NCBI GenBank assembly: GCA_042584005.1
Contig: JBHOTF010000008.1
Location: 27 to 64,026, forward strand
Source: Bacteroidota bacterium
Lineage (GTDB): Bacteria > Bacteroidota > Bacteroidia > Bacteroidales > JBHOTF01
DNA length: 64,000 nt
Direction: 5' to 3'
Part shown: piece by piece, positions 29,592-39,637 of the stretch
Numbering within the stretch: position 1 is the first letter of the stretch
Layout of the letters: each line of letters begins with the position of its first letter
Notes under the pieces: generated by a model
What the model saw: only the letters and a program-made list of their open reading frames with translations
Told to the model about the DNA's origin: nothing
The model's database searches: none
Position numbers and translations under genes: made by a program

Positions 29592-30269
29592 TCATACCGC
29601 ATATCTCCTCGCCTTACTTGTTGACACTCCATATTTTACAAGGCCGTAAGCAATTATCAATGCACAAATTACGCCATCAAGCACAGGAACTCCAAGTTTA
29701 TTCTGAATCTTTTTATCTAATCCTGCCATGCCTGCACATCCCAGAACTATCACTTCAGCCATATCATCTTTGATGCTTTCTTCTGCAAGCTGAATATATA
29801 AATCATCCTTATTGCCACTAAATCTTTCATCGGCAGGAGCTTTTACAGAGGCACATAAATCCTGAAGATGATATTTCCTTATTAAAGCTTCCTTATTAGG
29901 AACAGAATGTTTTGAGGCTGAAATAACAGAAAAACTATGTCCAAGCATTGCTGCCATTCTCATTGATGCCTCTCCGATTCCAACAACAGGCTTGTTTGTA
30001 ATTTCCTTAATCACATCCATATTTGGATCACAATGACAGGCAATAATAAATGCATCAAACTTCTCTTCATTCTCTTTTACTAATTTGATCATTCCCGGAG
30101 CAGTTATTGTCTTATCCATGTAATTATCAATAAATTCCGGAGCATCTCTAACAGGTTTGCATATTACTTCAAAATCTCCATTTGCATATTCTGTTGCAGC
30201 CTTATGTATGCTTTCAGTCATTTTAAGGCTGCTGTTAGGATTAATTATTAATATCCTCATACCATACAA
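29592..30269 (-). CDS. Hydantoin racemase (Asp/Glu/hydantoin racemase family)
   Basis: INPNSS, IACHCDP and LGCAGM (two catalytic Cys), PVVGIGEA, PVLDGV. Confidence 0.9.
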   Translation of the reverse strand: MYGMRILIINPNSSLKMTESIHKAATEYANGDFEVICKPVRDAPEFIDNYMDKTITAPGMIKLVKENEEKFDAFIIACHCDPNMDVIKEITNKPVVGIGEASMRMAAMLGHSFSVISASKHSVPNKEALIRKYHLQDLCASVKAPADERFSGNKDDLYIQLAEESIKDDMAEVIVLGCAGMAGLDKKIQNKLGVPVLDGVICALIIAYGLVKYGVSTSKARRYAV

Positions 30270-30286
30270 TTTTCAATTTATAATTT

Positions 30287-30751
30287 TCAATTTTCAATTA
30301 AATAGGGTGATTCCGGCTTAATTCTGTTCAAGATATTGTTTATTTTCTCTTCCGGATAACTTAATAATCTCATAAAATTAGCTGATAATTCTTGTCTTTC
30401 TTTTTTATCATATTTCCCGGAATCGATCAATAATTTTTGTTTCTTTTTTAATTCAAAATAATTTTCCAGTACTTCATGATCATCATAATATATTATTGAC
30501 CACTTTCCTCGGGTAAAATCTTCAGATTGAAGATCAGTGATTATTAATGATTCCTCAAGATAAGAATTAATCCCAAAACCATTAACTATTTTCTCGGACA
30601 GAACGGAAATAACTTCATAATCTTCAGGTGATACCGGAGGACTCAACGCCAGCTTTTTAACTCCACAAGCTACCATTTCAACAAAACAATTTATCATTCC
30701 TATCTTATAGGAGATCCTGTCGATTTTATAATCTTCTGAATTAGTATTCAT
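30287..30751 (-). CDS. Hypothetical protein in the hydantoinase operon
   Basis: 154-aa ORF co-oriented within the operon; motif F.EMV..GVK.LALSPP. Confidence 0.65.
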   Translation of the reverse strand: MNTNSEDYKIDRISYKIGMINCFVEMVACGVKKLALSPPVSPEDYEVISVLSEKIVNGFGINSYLEESLIITDLQSEDFTRGKWSIIYYDDHEVLENYFELKKKQKLLIDSGKYDKKERQELSANFMRLLSYPEEKINNILNRIKPESPYLIEN

Positions 30752-30802
30752 TATTCATTTTATTAAAAAATTTTCAAAATAAAGAAAATAAGCTTTTGTT
30801 AA

Positions 30803-32215
30803 TCATTTCTTTTTAGGTATAATAACATAATCTCCTGTCTCATCAGTTTTTTTTGTAGAATACTTAAAAGCCCCTGATAAATAATCATTCATTAATTTAA
30901 AAAATCCTTTTCTAAGAGCCAATACACCAATTAAGTTAGGTACAGCACAGGCAACCACGGCTATATTTGCGAATGTCCATAATTTATCAACATCAGCAAC
31001 ACCAGCAAAAACTATTGCAGGTATAAAATAAAACCATTTAAGATATCTCATAGAACCTTTTCCGAATACATTTATTACTGAAGTTTCATAATAAATGAAA
31101 AATCCTATTTGTGTTGACAAACAAAATGTAAGTATAGAAAATGATATTATTATTTCAGCAATATTTTTTGGAAATACAGACGAGAAGGCCTGTAATACCA
31201 GTTCAACACCCGATTCTCCACCCGATAATACACCGGTTGAAAGTACTGCAAATGATGTTATAGTACATATTACAAATGTCACAAAAAACACTTCAAAGGC
31301 TCCCCACATACCCTGCTGATAAGGATGTTTAGCATTTGAGGTAGCATGAACCATTGGTGCAGTACCTATACCAGCTTCATTCCCAAGCATACCTTTATTC
31401 ATACCTATCTGAATAGATTTTAATACTGCAGTTCCTGCAACACCACCAATAGCAGGCATGGGAGAAAATGCATATTTAAATATCTGTCCAAAAACTTCAG
31501 GAATATTTGAGAAATTAACAATAAATACTATCAGGCCAGCTAACACATAAACAAGCGACATTAATGGAACAAGTTTCTCACAAACTTTCCCAATTCTTTT
31601 AATACCACCAATAACTACAATGGCCGTAATTATTGCCATTACAGCGGTAACAACATAAGGACTAATGCCATAACTCTCTAAAAATGACCTTCCTACAGTA
31701 TGTGATTGTAAGAGGGAAGCACAAAAAACAGCATTAATAAAAATTCCGGCACTGAATACTTTCGCCAGAGTTTTCCATCCAAGGCCTTTTTTAATATAAT
31801 ACATTGGGCCACCATGTATATTTCCGTCTTTATCAATATCACGATAGTGAACCGCAAGTGTAATTTCTGCTGCCTTGGTCATCATTCCAAAAAGTGCCAG
31901 CATCCACATCCAGAATATTGCACCAGGCCCGCCAACTGATAATGCTACGGCAACACCTGCAATACTTCCCATTCCAACTGTACTGGCAAGTGCTGTTGAT
32001 GTAGCCTGAAATGGAGTCATTCCTGCATTATTCTTATCACCCTTCTCAAACATTTTCCCAATGGTGTTTTTCATTATCATACCAAAACTTCTCACCTGGA
32101 AAAATCCTGAACGGATGGTAAAATATAAATATACCCCGGCTATAAACACTAATGTCCATATACCCCAGAGTATTTTAGTATCTATGTCGTTTAAGAAATC
32201 AAGAATCTTATCCAT
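30803..32215 (-). CDS. Alanine/glycine:cation symporter (AGCS)
   Basis: TPFQA..TALASTVG, GGPGAIFWMW, GGPMYYI, NEAG.G. Confidence 0.92.
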   Translation of the reverse strand: MDKILDFLNDIDTKILWGIWTLVFIAGVYLYFTIRSGFFQVRSFGMIMKNTIGKMFEKGDKNNAGMTPFQATSTALASTVGMGSIAGVAVALSVGGPGAIFWMWMLALFGMMTKAAEITLAVHYRDIDKDGNIHGGPMYYIKKGLGWKTLAKVFSAGIFINAVFCASLLQSHTVGRSFLESYGISPYVVTAVMAIITAIVVIGGIKRIGKVCEKLVPLMSLVYVLAGLIVFIVNFSNIPEVFGQIFKYAFSPMPAIGGVAGTAVLKSIQIGMNKGMLGNEAGIGTAPMVHATSNAKHPYQQGMWGAFEVFFVTFVICTITSFAVLSTGVLSGGESGVELVLQAFSSVFPKNIAEIIISFSILTFCLSTQIGFFIYYETSVINVFGKGSMRYLKWFYFIPAIVFAGVADVDKLWTFANIAVVACAVPNLIGVLALRKGFFKLMNDYLSGAFKYSTKKTDETGDYVIIPKKK

Positions 32216-33591
32216 TATACATTGAATTTTTTTGCCAATAAAAATAAATCACTAAATGTATTCTTTATAGCATCAAAAGTTACAGATGGAGATATTGCTA
32301 CTATCCTCAGTACCATATTGTTATCAATTTCAGAAATTGCGATTGATCTTTCACCTCGTTTCATAATCTCATCAAAAAGGAATTTCTGTAATTTATCCAG
32401 ATCATTTTTGTGTATAAAATCAGGAATTATTCTAAAACACAAAATTCCGGTATCAGGCTGATGAATCAATTCCATTTCATCCTCGTTTTTAATAAATTCC
32501 GCCGCTGATTTAATTGCCTCCAGAGGAACTCTAAGCCTTTCAATTACTTTTTTCATTCCCTGAAACCTTAAAGAGCAGACCAATGGTAAAGCTGAAAACG
32601 GACGTGTAGATGGGGGAGATTTAACACCTGGATTTGGCTCTGTATCAGTTTCACGGTTAAAATATGCAGAATGCAGGGCAACTCTTAGAAAATCATCACT
32701 ATTTTTAACAAATAACACTGAATTAGGAATTGGTATACCAAGCTGTTTATGAGGATCCCATGATATTGAATCGGCAATATCAATACCTTTAAACAAAGGT
32801 TTCCATTCTGGTACGAGACTATATGCCAATCCATAAGCACCATCAACATGAAGCCATATATTTTTCCCGGAGCAAATATTTGCAATTTCAAAAACCGGAT
32901 CAACCGAACCTGTTGATGTAGTTCCTGTTGTGGCCATAACACAGAATATATCAAACTGATTAGCTGTGTTGCTTACAACTTTCTGCAGGCTGTTTATGTT
33001 CATTCTTCTGTTTCTATCAACATCAATAAATAACAAGCTTTCTTCACCAAGTCCAAGAATTCTTACGGCATGTTTAATAGAAAAATGAGCTTCTTTTGTA
33101 CATATTACTTTAAGTTTTTCAGGATTCTTAAAACCTTTAATTCCCTTTTTTGTAAAATCAAAGCCTTCCTGTTCAGCTTTTTTATGTAAGGCAAGATATA
33201 ATGCCTGCTGGTTTGCATAGGTCCCGCAATACATAAAAGTGGCATCAGCTTTTTTATTCAGGCCGAATAATTTACAAAGAGATTTAACACATAATTCTTC
33301 GAGCATAGCACCGCCAGGTGAAACCTGCCAGTTTGTTACACCCTGATTATATTTAAGTGCTACTTCAGCACCTAATCTGGCTCCTTCTTCCGGAAATGCA
33401 TTAAACATCGATTGAAAACCGGATAAGTCATAATGCATTAAATGAGGTATCAGTTTTTCCCGGATTAATTCCTCTAATTTTTTCCGGCCAATGCTTAGTT
33501 CCTGAAAATCAACAAAACTCTTCAAATCTTTTGCTACCTCAGAAGGGGATGCACCGGAATAAACTGAATTATCAGATCTTTTATATTTCAT
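32215..33591 (-). CDS. Group II PLP-dependent decarboxylase
   Basis: AHFS, TTGTTSTGSVDP, WLHVDGAYG, WDPHK (PLP Lys). Confidence 0.88.
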   Translation of the reverse strand: MKYKRSDNSVYSGASPSEVAKDLKSFVDFQELSIGRKKLEELIREKLIPHLMHYDLSGFQSMFNAFPEEGARLGAEVALKYNQGVTNWQVSPGGAMLEELCVKSLCKLFGLNKKADATFMYCGTYANQQALYLALHKKAEQEGFDFTKKGIKGFKNPEKLKVICTKEAHFSIKHAVRILGLGEESLLFIDVDRNRRMNINSLQKVVSNTANQFDIFCVMATTGTTSTGSVDPVFEIANICSGKNIWLHVDGAYGLAYSLVPEWKPLFKGIDIADSISWDPHKQLGIPIPNSVLFVKNSDDFLRVALHSAYFNRETDTEPNPGVKSPPSTRPFSALPLVCSLRFQGMKKVIERLRVPLEAIKSAAEFIKNEDEMELIHQPDTGILCFRIIPDFIHKNDLDKLQKFLFDEIMKRGERSIAISEIDNNMVLRIVAISPSVTFDAIKNTFSDLFLLAKKFNV

Positions 33592-33594
33592 TCC

Positions 33595-34992
33595 CTATAA
33601 TTTTAATTTTCGATGTAAATATTTCCCCCTCCCCTTTTTAGCCAAACAAATTTCTCCATCAATAATTAATTCACCTCTGGAAAATACTTTTTTAATTTTT
33701 CCTGTTATCGCAATATTTTCATATGCTGACCAATCGGTATTCATATGCAGGCTCTTTTTATCCATAATCCACTTCTCATTGGGATTGAATAAAACAATAT
33801 CTGCATCGGCACCCGGAAGCAAACTGCCTTTTTGTGGTGCCATACCAAAAATTCTTGCCGGTTCACTTGAAACCAACTCAACAAATCGTGATAATGAAAT
33901 TCTATTTTTAACAACACCTTCGGAATATAAAATACTAAATCTGGTTTCAACCCCCGGTATTCCGTTAGGACATTTATCAAATCTGTCTTTCCCAAAAAGT
34001 TTAGCTTCCCACGAAAAAGCAGCATCATCGGAGCTAACCATTTTAATGTTGGAATTATTAATTTTCTCCCATAAAAGGGCCTGGTTTGAGGAATTTCTTA
34101 AAGGTGGTGAACATATCCATTTGATACCATCTTCCCTTTCAAGATATTTTTCATCGAATACCAAATAATGAGTACAAGTCTCTGCCAATATGTTAATATT
34201 TTTTTCTACAGCTTTATGAATCATTTCTGCACCTTCAGCGACCGACATGTGTACTATAAAAACTTTTGAACCACTTTCTTCAGCTATACGAATTGCCTGC
34301 TCTATTGCTATAAGTTCAGCTTGAACAGGCCTGCTTTTTGCGTGATAAACCGATTTAAATAATCCGGCATTTAAAGTTTTTTTAATTTCATCTTCAAGAA
34401 TTCTATTATCTTCAGCATGAAGCATAAGCATACCTCCTGCTTTTTTAAGCTGTTTAGCTATTCTTCTCAGATCTCTATTATTAATCAATAGTCCCTCATC
34501 ACGGTATGTCATATAACACTTTATTGTTGGTGCACCCTCACTAACAACTAATGCTATTTCATCCAGAGTTTGTTGGTCGGGCCGTGTTATTACCGGATGT
34601 ACACCCCAGTCGATCAATGCTTTGCCTTTGGCTTCTTCTTTTTTCTGCTTAATTGTACTTACAAGAGATTTGCCCTTTACCTGATTGGAAAAATCAATAA
34701 TACTTGTCACACCTCCATAGGCTGCAGCCAGAGTTCCGGTATAATAATCATGTACACTGATGGTATTCATGAACACATCATTAAAATGCACATGTGTATC
34801 AACAGCACCTGGCATAACAAATAAACCTTCAGCATCAATATACTTATCAGCCTTAACATCCGACAAATCACCAATCAAACAAATCAATCCATTTCTTATG
34901 AGGATGTCTTGTATTTTTACATCCTCAGGAGTAACAACAGTTCCTCCCTTTATAATTGTTGATTCAGAGTTTTGTTGATTTATGTATTCCAT
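33595..34992 (-). CDS. hydA: Dihydropyrimidinase / D-hydantoinase
   Basis: PGAVDTHVH, GGVTSIIDF, TIKCYMTY, LHAE, VHMS, ETCTHYL, CSPPLR, PNGIPGVE. Confidence 0.88.
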   Translation of the reverse strand: MEYINQQNSESTIIKGGTVVTPEDVKIQDILIRNGLICLIGDLSDVKADKYIDAEGLFVMPGAVDTHVHFNDVFMNTISVHDYYTGTLAAAYGGVTSIIDFSNQVKGKSLVSTIKQKKEEAKGKALIDWGVHPVITRPDQQTLDEIALVVSEGAPTIKCYMTYRDEGLLINNRDLRRIAKQLKKAGGMLMLHAEDNRILEDEIKKTLNAGLFKSVYHAKSRPVQAELIAIEQAIRIAEESGSKVFIVHMSVAEGAEMIHKAVEKNINILAETCTHYLVFDEKYLEREDGIKWICSPPLRNSSNQALLWEKINNSNIKMVSSDDAAFSWEAKLFGKDRFDKCPNGIPGVETRFSILYSEGVVKNRISLSRFVELVSSEPARIFGMAPQKGSLLPGADADIVLFNPNEKWIMDKKSLHMNTDWSAYENIAITGKIKKVFSRGELIIDGEICLAKKGRGKYLHRKLKL

Positions 34993-35056
34993 AATTATGA
35001 ATTCATTATATATATAAGCCTGAAAACTTATTATATAATTATCATTATTTCAATAA

Positions 35057-36250
35057 TTATCTGTTAGCAATTTTAATTGAGCGTTTAATATCCTCTATCA
35101 GGTCATTTGCATCCTCAATTCCTGTTGAATATCTCACAAGACCCTCATCAATACCGAGTTGCTTTCTTTCTTCTACTGTACATTCAACATGACTTGAAGT
35201 CATAGGAAGGGAAACAAGGCTTTCCACATGCCCCAGACTGGCAGCATTATGAGCAAATTGAAGGTTCTCGCAAAACTTCTTAGCAGCATTAAAATCTTTA
35301 AGGTTGAAAGAAACCATTCCTCCATATCCCCTCATTTGTTTTTTCGCTACTTCATGATTAAAATGAGAAGCCAGGCCCGGATAAAAAACCTTTTCAACTA
35401 ATGGATCTGTTAAAATATATTCCGCTATCTTTTGCCCGTTTTCATTATGCTTTTTCATTCTCATATCCAGCGTTTTGATACCACGCATAATTAAATAGGC
35501 TGTCATAGGATCCATAGTGGTACCATGAATCTCCCGGTATTCATAAACCTTTTTCACCAGGTCTTTCGGCCCCAGAACAACTCCGCCGGTAACATCACTA
35601 TGTCCGTTCAAATATTTTGTACAACTGTGAAGAACCAGGTCAGCACCAAGTTCGAATGGAGACATATTAACAGGACTGTTAAAAGTATTATCAACAATTA
35701 CAATGGCTCCCACATCATGGCCGGCTTTTGCTAACTTCCTGATATCATTAATTTTAAGAGTGGGATTGGTTGGCGATTCCAGGTATAACACTTTACAGCC
35801 CCTGGATATCTCTTCTAATATTTCTTCCTCATTTGAAGTATCACACAATTTACATTCGATTCCAAGTTTGGGCAGATGGTTAAGATACATAACAGCAGTA
35901 CCTCCATATGTATCGGTAATAGAAACCAACCTGTCACCCGGTTTTAACAATGCAAGAAGTGTATTGGAAATAGCCCCCATACCAGTTGGAAATGCATTAC
36001 ATGCTTCAGCTCCATTTTCAAGTATTATCATTTTCTCTTCAAGTACCGAAACTGTAGGATTTGAATTACGGCCATATATATGTCCCGGTTTTTTTTTGTT
36101 AACGACATCCATTAATTCATCAACAGTGTCATAACGATACGAAACACTGAATGCTACAGGTACCTGCGCAGATCTCTCCCAGAATTGTTTTCCTTCGCCG
36201 GCCCATACAGCTTTAGTTGCTATAGAGGCATTTTTAAGTTTTTCTTTCAT
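35057..36250 (-). CDS. Cys/Met-metabolism PLP enzyme (cystathionine gamma-synthase / gamma-lyase family)
   Basis: YGRNSNPT, TGMGAI, YGGT, ESPTNP, VDNTF, HSCTKYLNGH, ASLG.VESL. Confidence 0.9.
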   Translation of the reverse strand: MKEKLKNASIATKAVWAGEGKQFWERSAQVPVAFSVSYRYDTVDELMDVVNKKKPGHIYGRNSNPTVSVLEEKMIILENGAEACNAFPTGMGAISNTLLALLKPGDRLVSITDTYGGTAVMYLNHLPKLGIECKLCDTSNEEEILEEISRGCKVLYLESPTNPTLKINDIRKLAKAGHDVGAIVIVDNTFNSPVNMSPFELGADLVLHSCTKYLNGHSDVTGGVVLGPKDLVKKVYEYREIHGTTMDPMTAYLIMRGIKTLDMRMKKHNENGQKIAEYILTDPLVEKVFYPGLASHFNHEVAKKQMRGYGGMVSFNLKDFNAAKKFCENLQFAHNAASLGHVESLVSLPMTSSHVECTVEERKQLGIDEGLVRYSTGIEDANDLIEDIKRSIKIANR

Positions 36251-36364
36251 TTTAATATTGAATTTACATAATTATTGGTCTTATCAATAGTAGTTAGTGA
36301 AATACATTATAACTATTGTTTTCTAAAGTAATAATAAATTCTTTAAGCGGAAAACAGAACTGCC

Positions 36365-36556
36365 TATGCAACCTCTACAGAATTGATTGTTCCGCAGACA
36401 TTTATTTTTCTGCAAATATTAATCCTCTATGAGGAAATCGCTTGTTTGTATTGTTTCAATTATCCTATAATTAACTTTATTTTTTTCCACGTAGTGGATA
36501 AATTTATATAGCACTAAATTGAATAAAAAGAGTTTCAACCCTGTAGGGGTTGCATA
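36365..36556. repeat. Nested inverted REP-like hairpins (A-B...B'-A') in the divergent intergenic region
   Basis: 36365-36386 matches the reverse complement of 36535-36556 at 19/22; 36421-36436 pairs with 36485-36500. Confidence 0.6.
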
Positions 36557-36731
36557 TTTTTGTTCCGTGTTCCGCAAAGATTGATTTGATGTCTATTTCT
36601 CTTACGCAAAGCATTTCGTGGCTATATCTTTTTAACAATAATTTATTGTAGAAATGCATGTTAAAAAACAGAATAATATCTATATTTAAAACTTCTTTTA
36701 AAACTTAAAACTTATATACGGAGGATAATAA

Positions 36732-38195
36732 ATGAGCAATAAAGGATTAAAATATTATACTGATGCTGCGGCCAGATCTGCGAAATGGCATAAGGAAAAT
36801 ATAGCAAAAATGAGAAAATGCCGTTTCGACACTATTGCTGTTCACGGTATATATTCCATGCAGGAGGCTTTGGATTTTAACCAGGGGTCAATTATTGAAC
36901 CTATTTACATGTCAAGTTCACAGGCATATCGTGATTCTGATGAAATGGAAGCTGCTCTGGGTTACGAAGTTCCTACATGGTGTTATTCAAGAATAGCTAA
37001 CCCAAGTATGTACTATTATGAAGGAGTATTGGCACTGCTTGATGGTTATGGTTCAGATGTTGAAACATCGTGTATTGGTACAGCATCAGGTATGGCTGCC
37101 ATTCAAAGTGCTGTTGATCAGTTTTTGTTACCAGATCCTGACAAACCCGAAAAACCAATAAACTTTGTTGCAACATGCCAGGTTTATGGTGGCACATTTC
37201 AACAATTTTCGATCAGAAAAAGCGAGGAAAGAAAAATTGAATGGAGAAAAGTGATCAACTCAAATGATTTGGATGAATGGGAGAAGTTGATAGATGAAAA
37301 CACAAGATTTTTATATGGAGAATTGCCAAGTAATCCATCCCAATCATTTTTCGATCTTAAGAAAGTATGTGACCTGGCTCATAGTCATAATATCCCCGTA
37401 ATAATTGATGCAACAGTTGCTACTCCGGCATTAATGCGCCCAATAGAACATGGTGCAGATATTGTAATTCAATCTGTGACCAAATCTCTGACTACTAGTG
37501 GCTTTGGCATTGCAGGTGCTATTATTGCAAGAAAAAACTTAATATCCAATGTGAAAAATGATGCCATGAAGGCTGACTTTTGTGGATATTTGAAACAATT
37601 GCCTAACAGGGATAATGGTCCTAATATTTCTCCAATGAATTGTATTATGTCGCTGAATGATATCCGTACTCTACGGTCGAAAATGGATTTGCTAAGTAGA
37701 AATACCATGAAAGTTGCAGAATTTCTTAATGATCACAAAAATATTGAACAGGTCGATTATCTGGGATTAAAATCTCATCCTCTTCACGAACTTGCTTCAA
37801 AATATATGTTCCTTGTTGATTCAGAACATGATGAATTATATAATAAGAAAGTCAACCGATATGGACACCTTATGTCTCTCAGAGTTAAAGGTGGAGCGCA
37901 GTCTACAAGAGATGTATTCGATGCATTTGAAAGAATCTGGAGAGCTACTGATCTTGGCAGAATAAAATCTGTCGCAACTATACCTGCTATTTCTACACAT
38001 TCACAACAGGGTGAAGAAGCCAGAGCATTAGCTGATGTTCCTCAGAACCTTATCAGGCTTTGTGTTGGTGCTGAACATCCCGATGATGTAATTGCTGATC
38101 TTGATCAGGCACTTTCTGTACTCGATGGAAAAAAAGTACATTTTACATCACCTGAATATTCTGCCGGAGGTGCTTCTTCTGCAACGCTAAAATAG
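36732..38195 (+). CDS. O-acylhomoserine sulfhydrylase-like PLP transferase (MetY/MetZ family)
   Basis: YSRIANP, SGMAAI, YGGT, ELPSNP, IDATVATP, QSVTKSL, THSQ, IRLCVGAE. Confidence 0.8.
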   Translation: MSNKGLKYYTDAAARSAKWHKENIAKMRKCRFDTIAVHGIYSMQEALDFNQGSIIEPIYMSSSQAYRDSDEMEAALGYEVPTWCYSRIANPSMYYYEGVLALLDGYGSDVETSCIGTASGMAAIQSAVDQFLLPDPDKPEKPINFVATCQVYGGTFQQFSIRKSEERKIEWRKVINSNDLDEWEKLIDENTRFLYGELPSNPSQSFFDLKKVCDLAHSHNIPVIIDATVATPALMRPIEHGADIVIQSVTKSLTTSGFGIAGAIIARKNLISNVKNDAMKADFCGYLKQLPNRDNGPNISPMNCIMSLNDIRTLRSKMDLLSRNTMKVAEFLNDHKNIEQVDYLGLKSHPLHELASKYMFLVDSEHDELYNKKVNRYGHLMSLRVKGGAQSTRDVFDAFERIWRATDLGRIKSVATIPAISTHSQQGEEARALADVPQNLIRLCVGAEHPDDVIADLDQALSVLDGKKVHFTSPEYSAGGASSATLK

Positions 38196-38230
38196 ATACA
38201 TATTTAACCTTTTGAATACAGGCTTTTGTT

Positions 38231-39595
38231 ATGGGCTCACCATTATTTTATTCAACAAATCTTAAATCTGAAAAATTAACATTCAGCAAAGCTTTGCTTA
38301 AGGGTATAGCTCCCGATAAAGGCTTGTTTATGCCTGTTGAAATACCGGTATTGTCAAAGTCAACAATTGATAGTTTTTCAAATAAGAAATATTATGAAAT
38401 TGCTTTTGAAATTGCAAGAACATATATGACCGGCGAAATTTCTGATGATGACCTTTTTGCTATTGTTAAGGATGCATACAATTATGAGGTGCCACTTGAA
38501 AATGTTTATGAGAATAAATATGTAATGAGACTGGATCAGGGGCCAACTGCATCTTTTAAAGATTTTGCTGCAAGAATGATGGCAAGGTTAATTCAGTATT
38601 TTTTAAAACTGGAAAACAGAAGTTTACGCATTTTAACCGCTACTTCAGGAGATACAGGAAGTGCAATTGCAAATGCTTTTTACGAATTGGATAATATTGA
38701 AGTTGTTGTTCTCTTCCCCGAAACTGAGGTAACTGCCCGACAAAGAAAACAGATGACCACCCTGGGAAAAAATGTTGAAATTATTTCAATAAATGCTAAA
38801 TTTGATGACTGTCAGGCATTGGTTAAACAAGCATTTGCCGATAGCGATCTGGATAAATTAAATCTTTCTTCTGCCAACTCAATAAATATTGGCCGCCTTG
38901 TTCCTCAAATAGTATATTATTTTTATTCTTTTGCTAAGCTGCGTAAGGGAAATTCTGACGATTCAGTATATTTTTCTGTCCCATCAGGAAATTTTGGTAA
39001 TATGATGGGTGGAATGCTTGCAAAAAGAATGGGTTTACCTGTTTCAAAATTTATTATTTCAACCAATCGAAATGATGAATTCCCTCTTTATGTTGAATCC
39101 GGTGATTACAATAAAATTGAACCTTCAATTAATTGTATCTCCAGTGCAATGAATGTTGGCCATCCGAGTAATCTTTCCAGGCTGGTAGCATTATTTACCG
39201 GGATAATGGACGAACAGGGCAATATCAGCAAACAGGCAAATCTGGAAGATTTACGCAACAATATTTTTGCTATAAGTATTAACGACCAAAAGACCAGAGA
39301 AACAATTTCTGAAGCTTATCAAAAATACAGATTACTTCTAGAGCCCCATGGCGCTGTTGGATGGGCAGGATTAGAACATTTTCTGAATTTAAACAAAGAA
39401 ATAGATAAGCCTGAACAGCTTTTTATAAGTCTTGAAACAGCTCATCCCGCAAAATTCCCTGAAGAAATAAATAAAATTCTTGGAATTGATCCTGAATTAC
39501 CTCCGAGCCTTCAGAATATTGAGGAAAAAGAAGAATCATATTTAAATATGGATAATAATTATATTGATTTTAAAAATTATCTTTTATCAAAATAA
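38231..39595 (+). CDS. thrC: Threonine synthase
   Basis: GPTASFKDF, TATSGDTGSA, SANSINIGRL, VPSGNFGN, TAHPAKF. Confidence 0.95.
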   Translation: MGSPLFYSTNLKSEKLTFSKALLKGIAPDKGLFMPVEIPVLSKSTIDSFSNKKYYEIAFEIARTYMTGEISDDDLFAIVKDAYNYEVPLENVYENKYVMRLDQGPTASFKDFAARMMARLIQYFLKLENRSLRILTATSGDTGSAIANAFYELDNIEVVVLFPETEVTARQRKQMTTLGKNVEIISINAKFDDCQALVKQAFADSDLDKLNLSSANSINIGRLVPQIVYYFYSFAKLRKGNSDDSVYFSVPSGNFGNMMGGMLAKRMGLPVSKFIISTNRNDEFPLYVESGDYNKIEPSINCISSAMNVGHPSNLSRLVALFTGIMDEQGNISKQANLEDLRNNIFAISINDQKTRETISEAYQKYRLLLEPHGAVGWAGLEHFLNLNKEIDKPEQLFISLETAHPAKFPEEINKILGIDPELPPSLQNIEEKEESYLNMDNNYIDFKNYLLSK

Positions 39596-39637
39596 TTCAA
39601 TAACACTGAATAACTGCCAATTACTAATAACAATAAA

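Noticed and set aside
26331-34992. Complete selenium-dependent purine degradation (yge/ssnA/xdh) locus
   Set aside because: Only YgeY-like and HyuA-like members are present; no ygeW, ygeX, ssnA, xdh or Se-cofactor genes, and no in-frame TGA suggesting selenocysteine
36251-36731. SAM riboswitch upstream of the Met-related genes (CTTATCAATAG near 36280)
   Set aside because: Only the first bases resemble SAM-I; the GAGGGA/GGCCC/GCAACC core and pairing are missing
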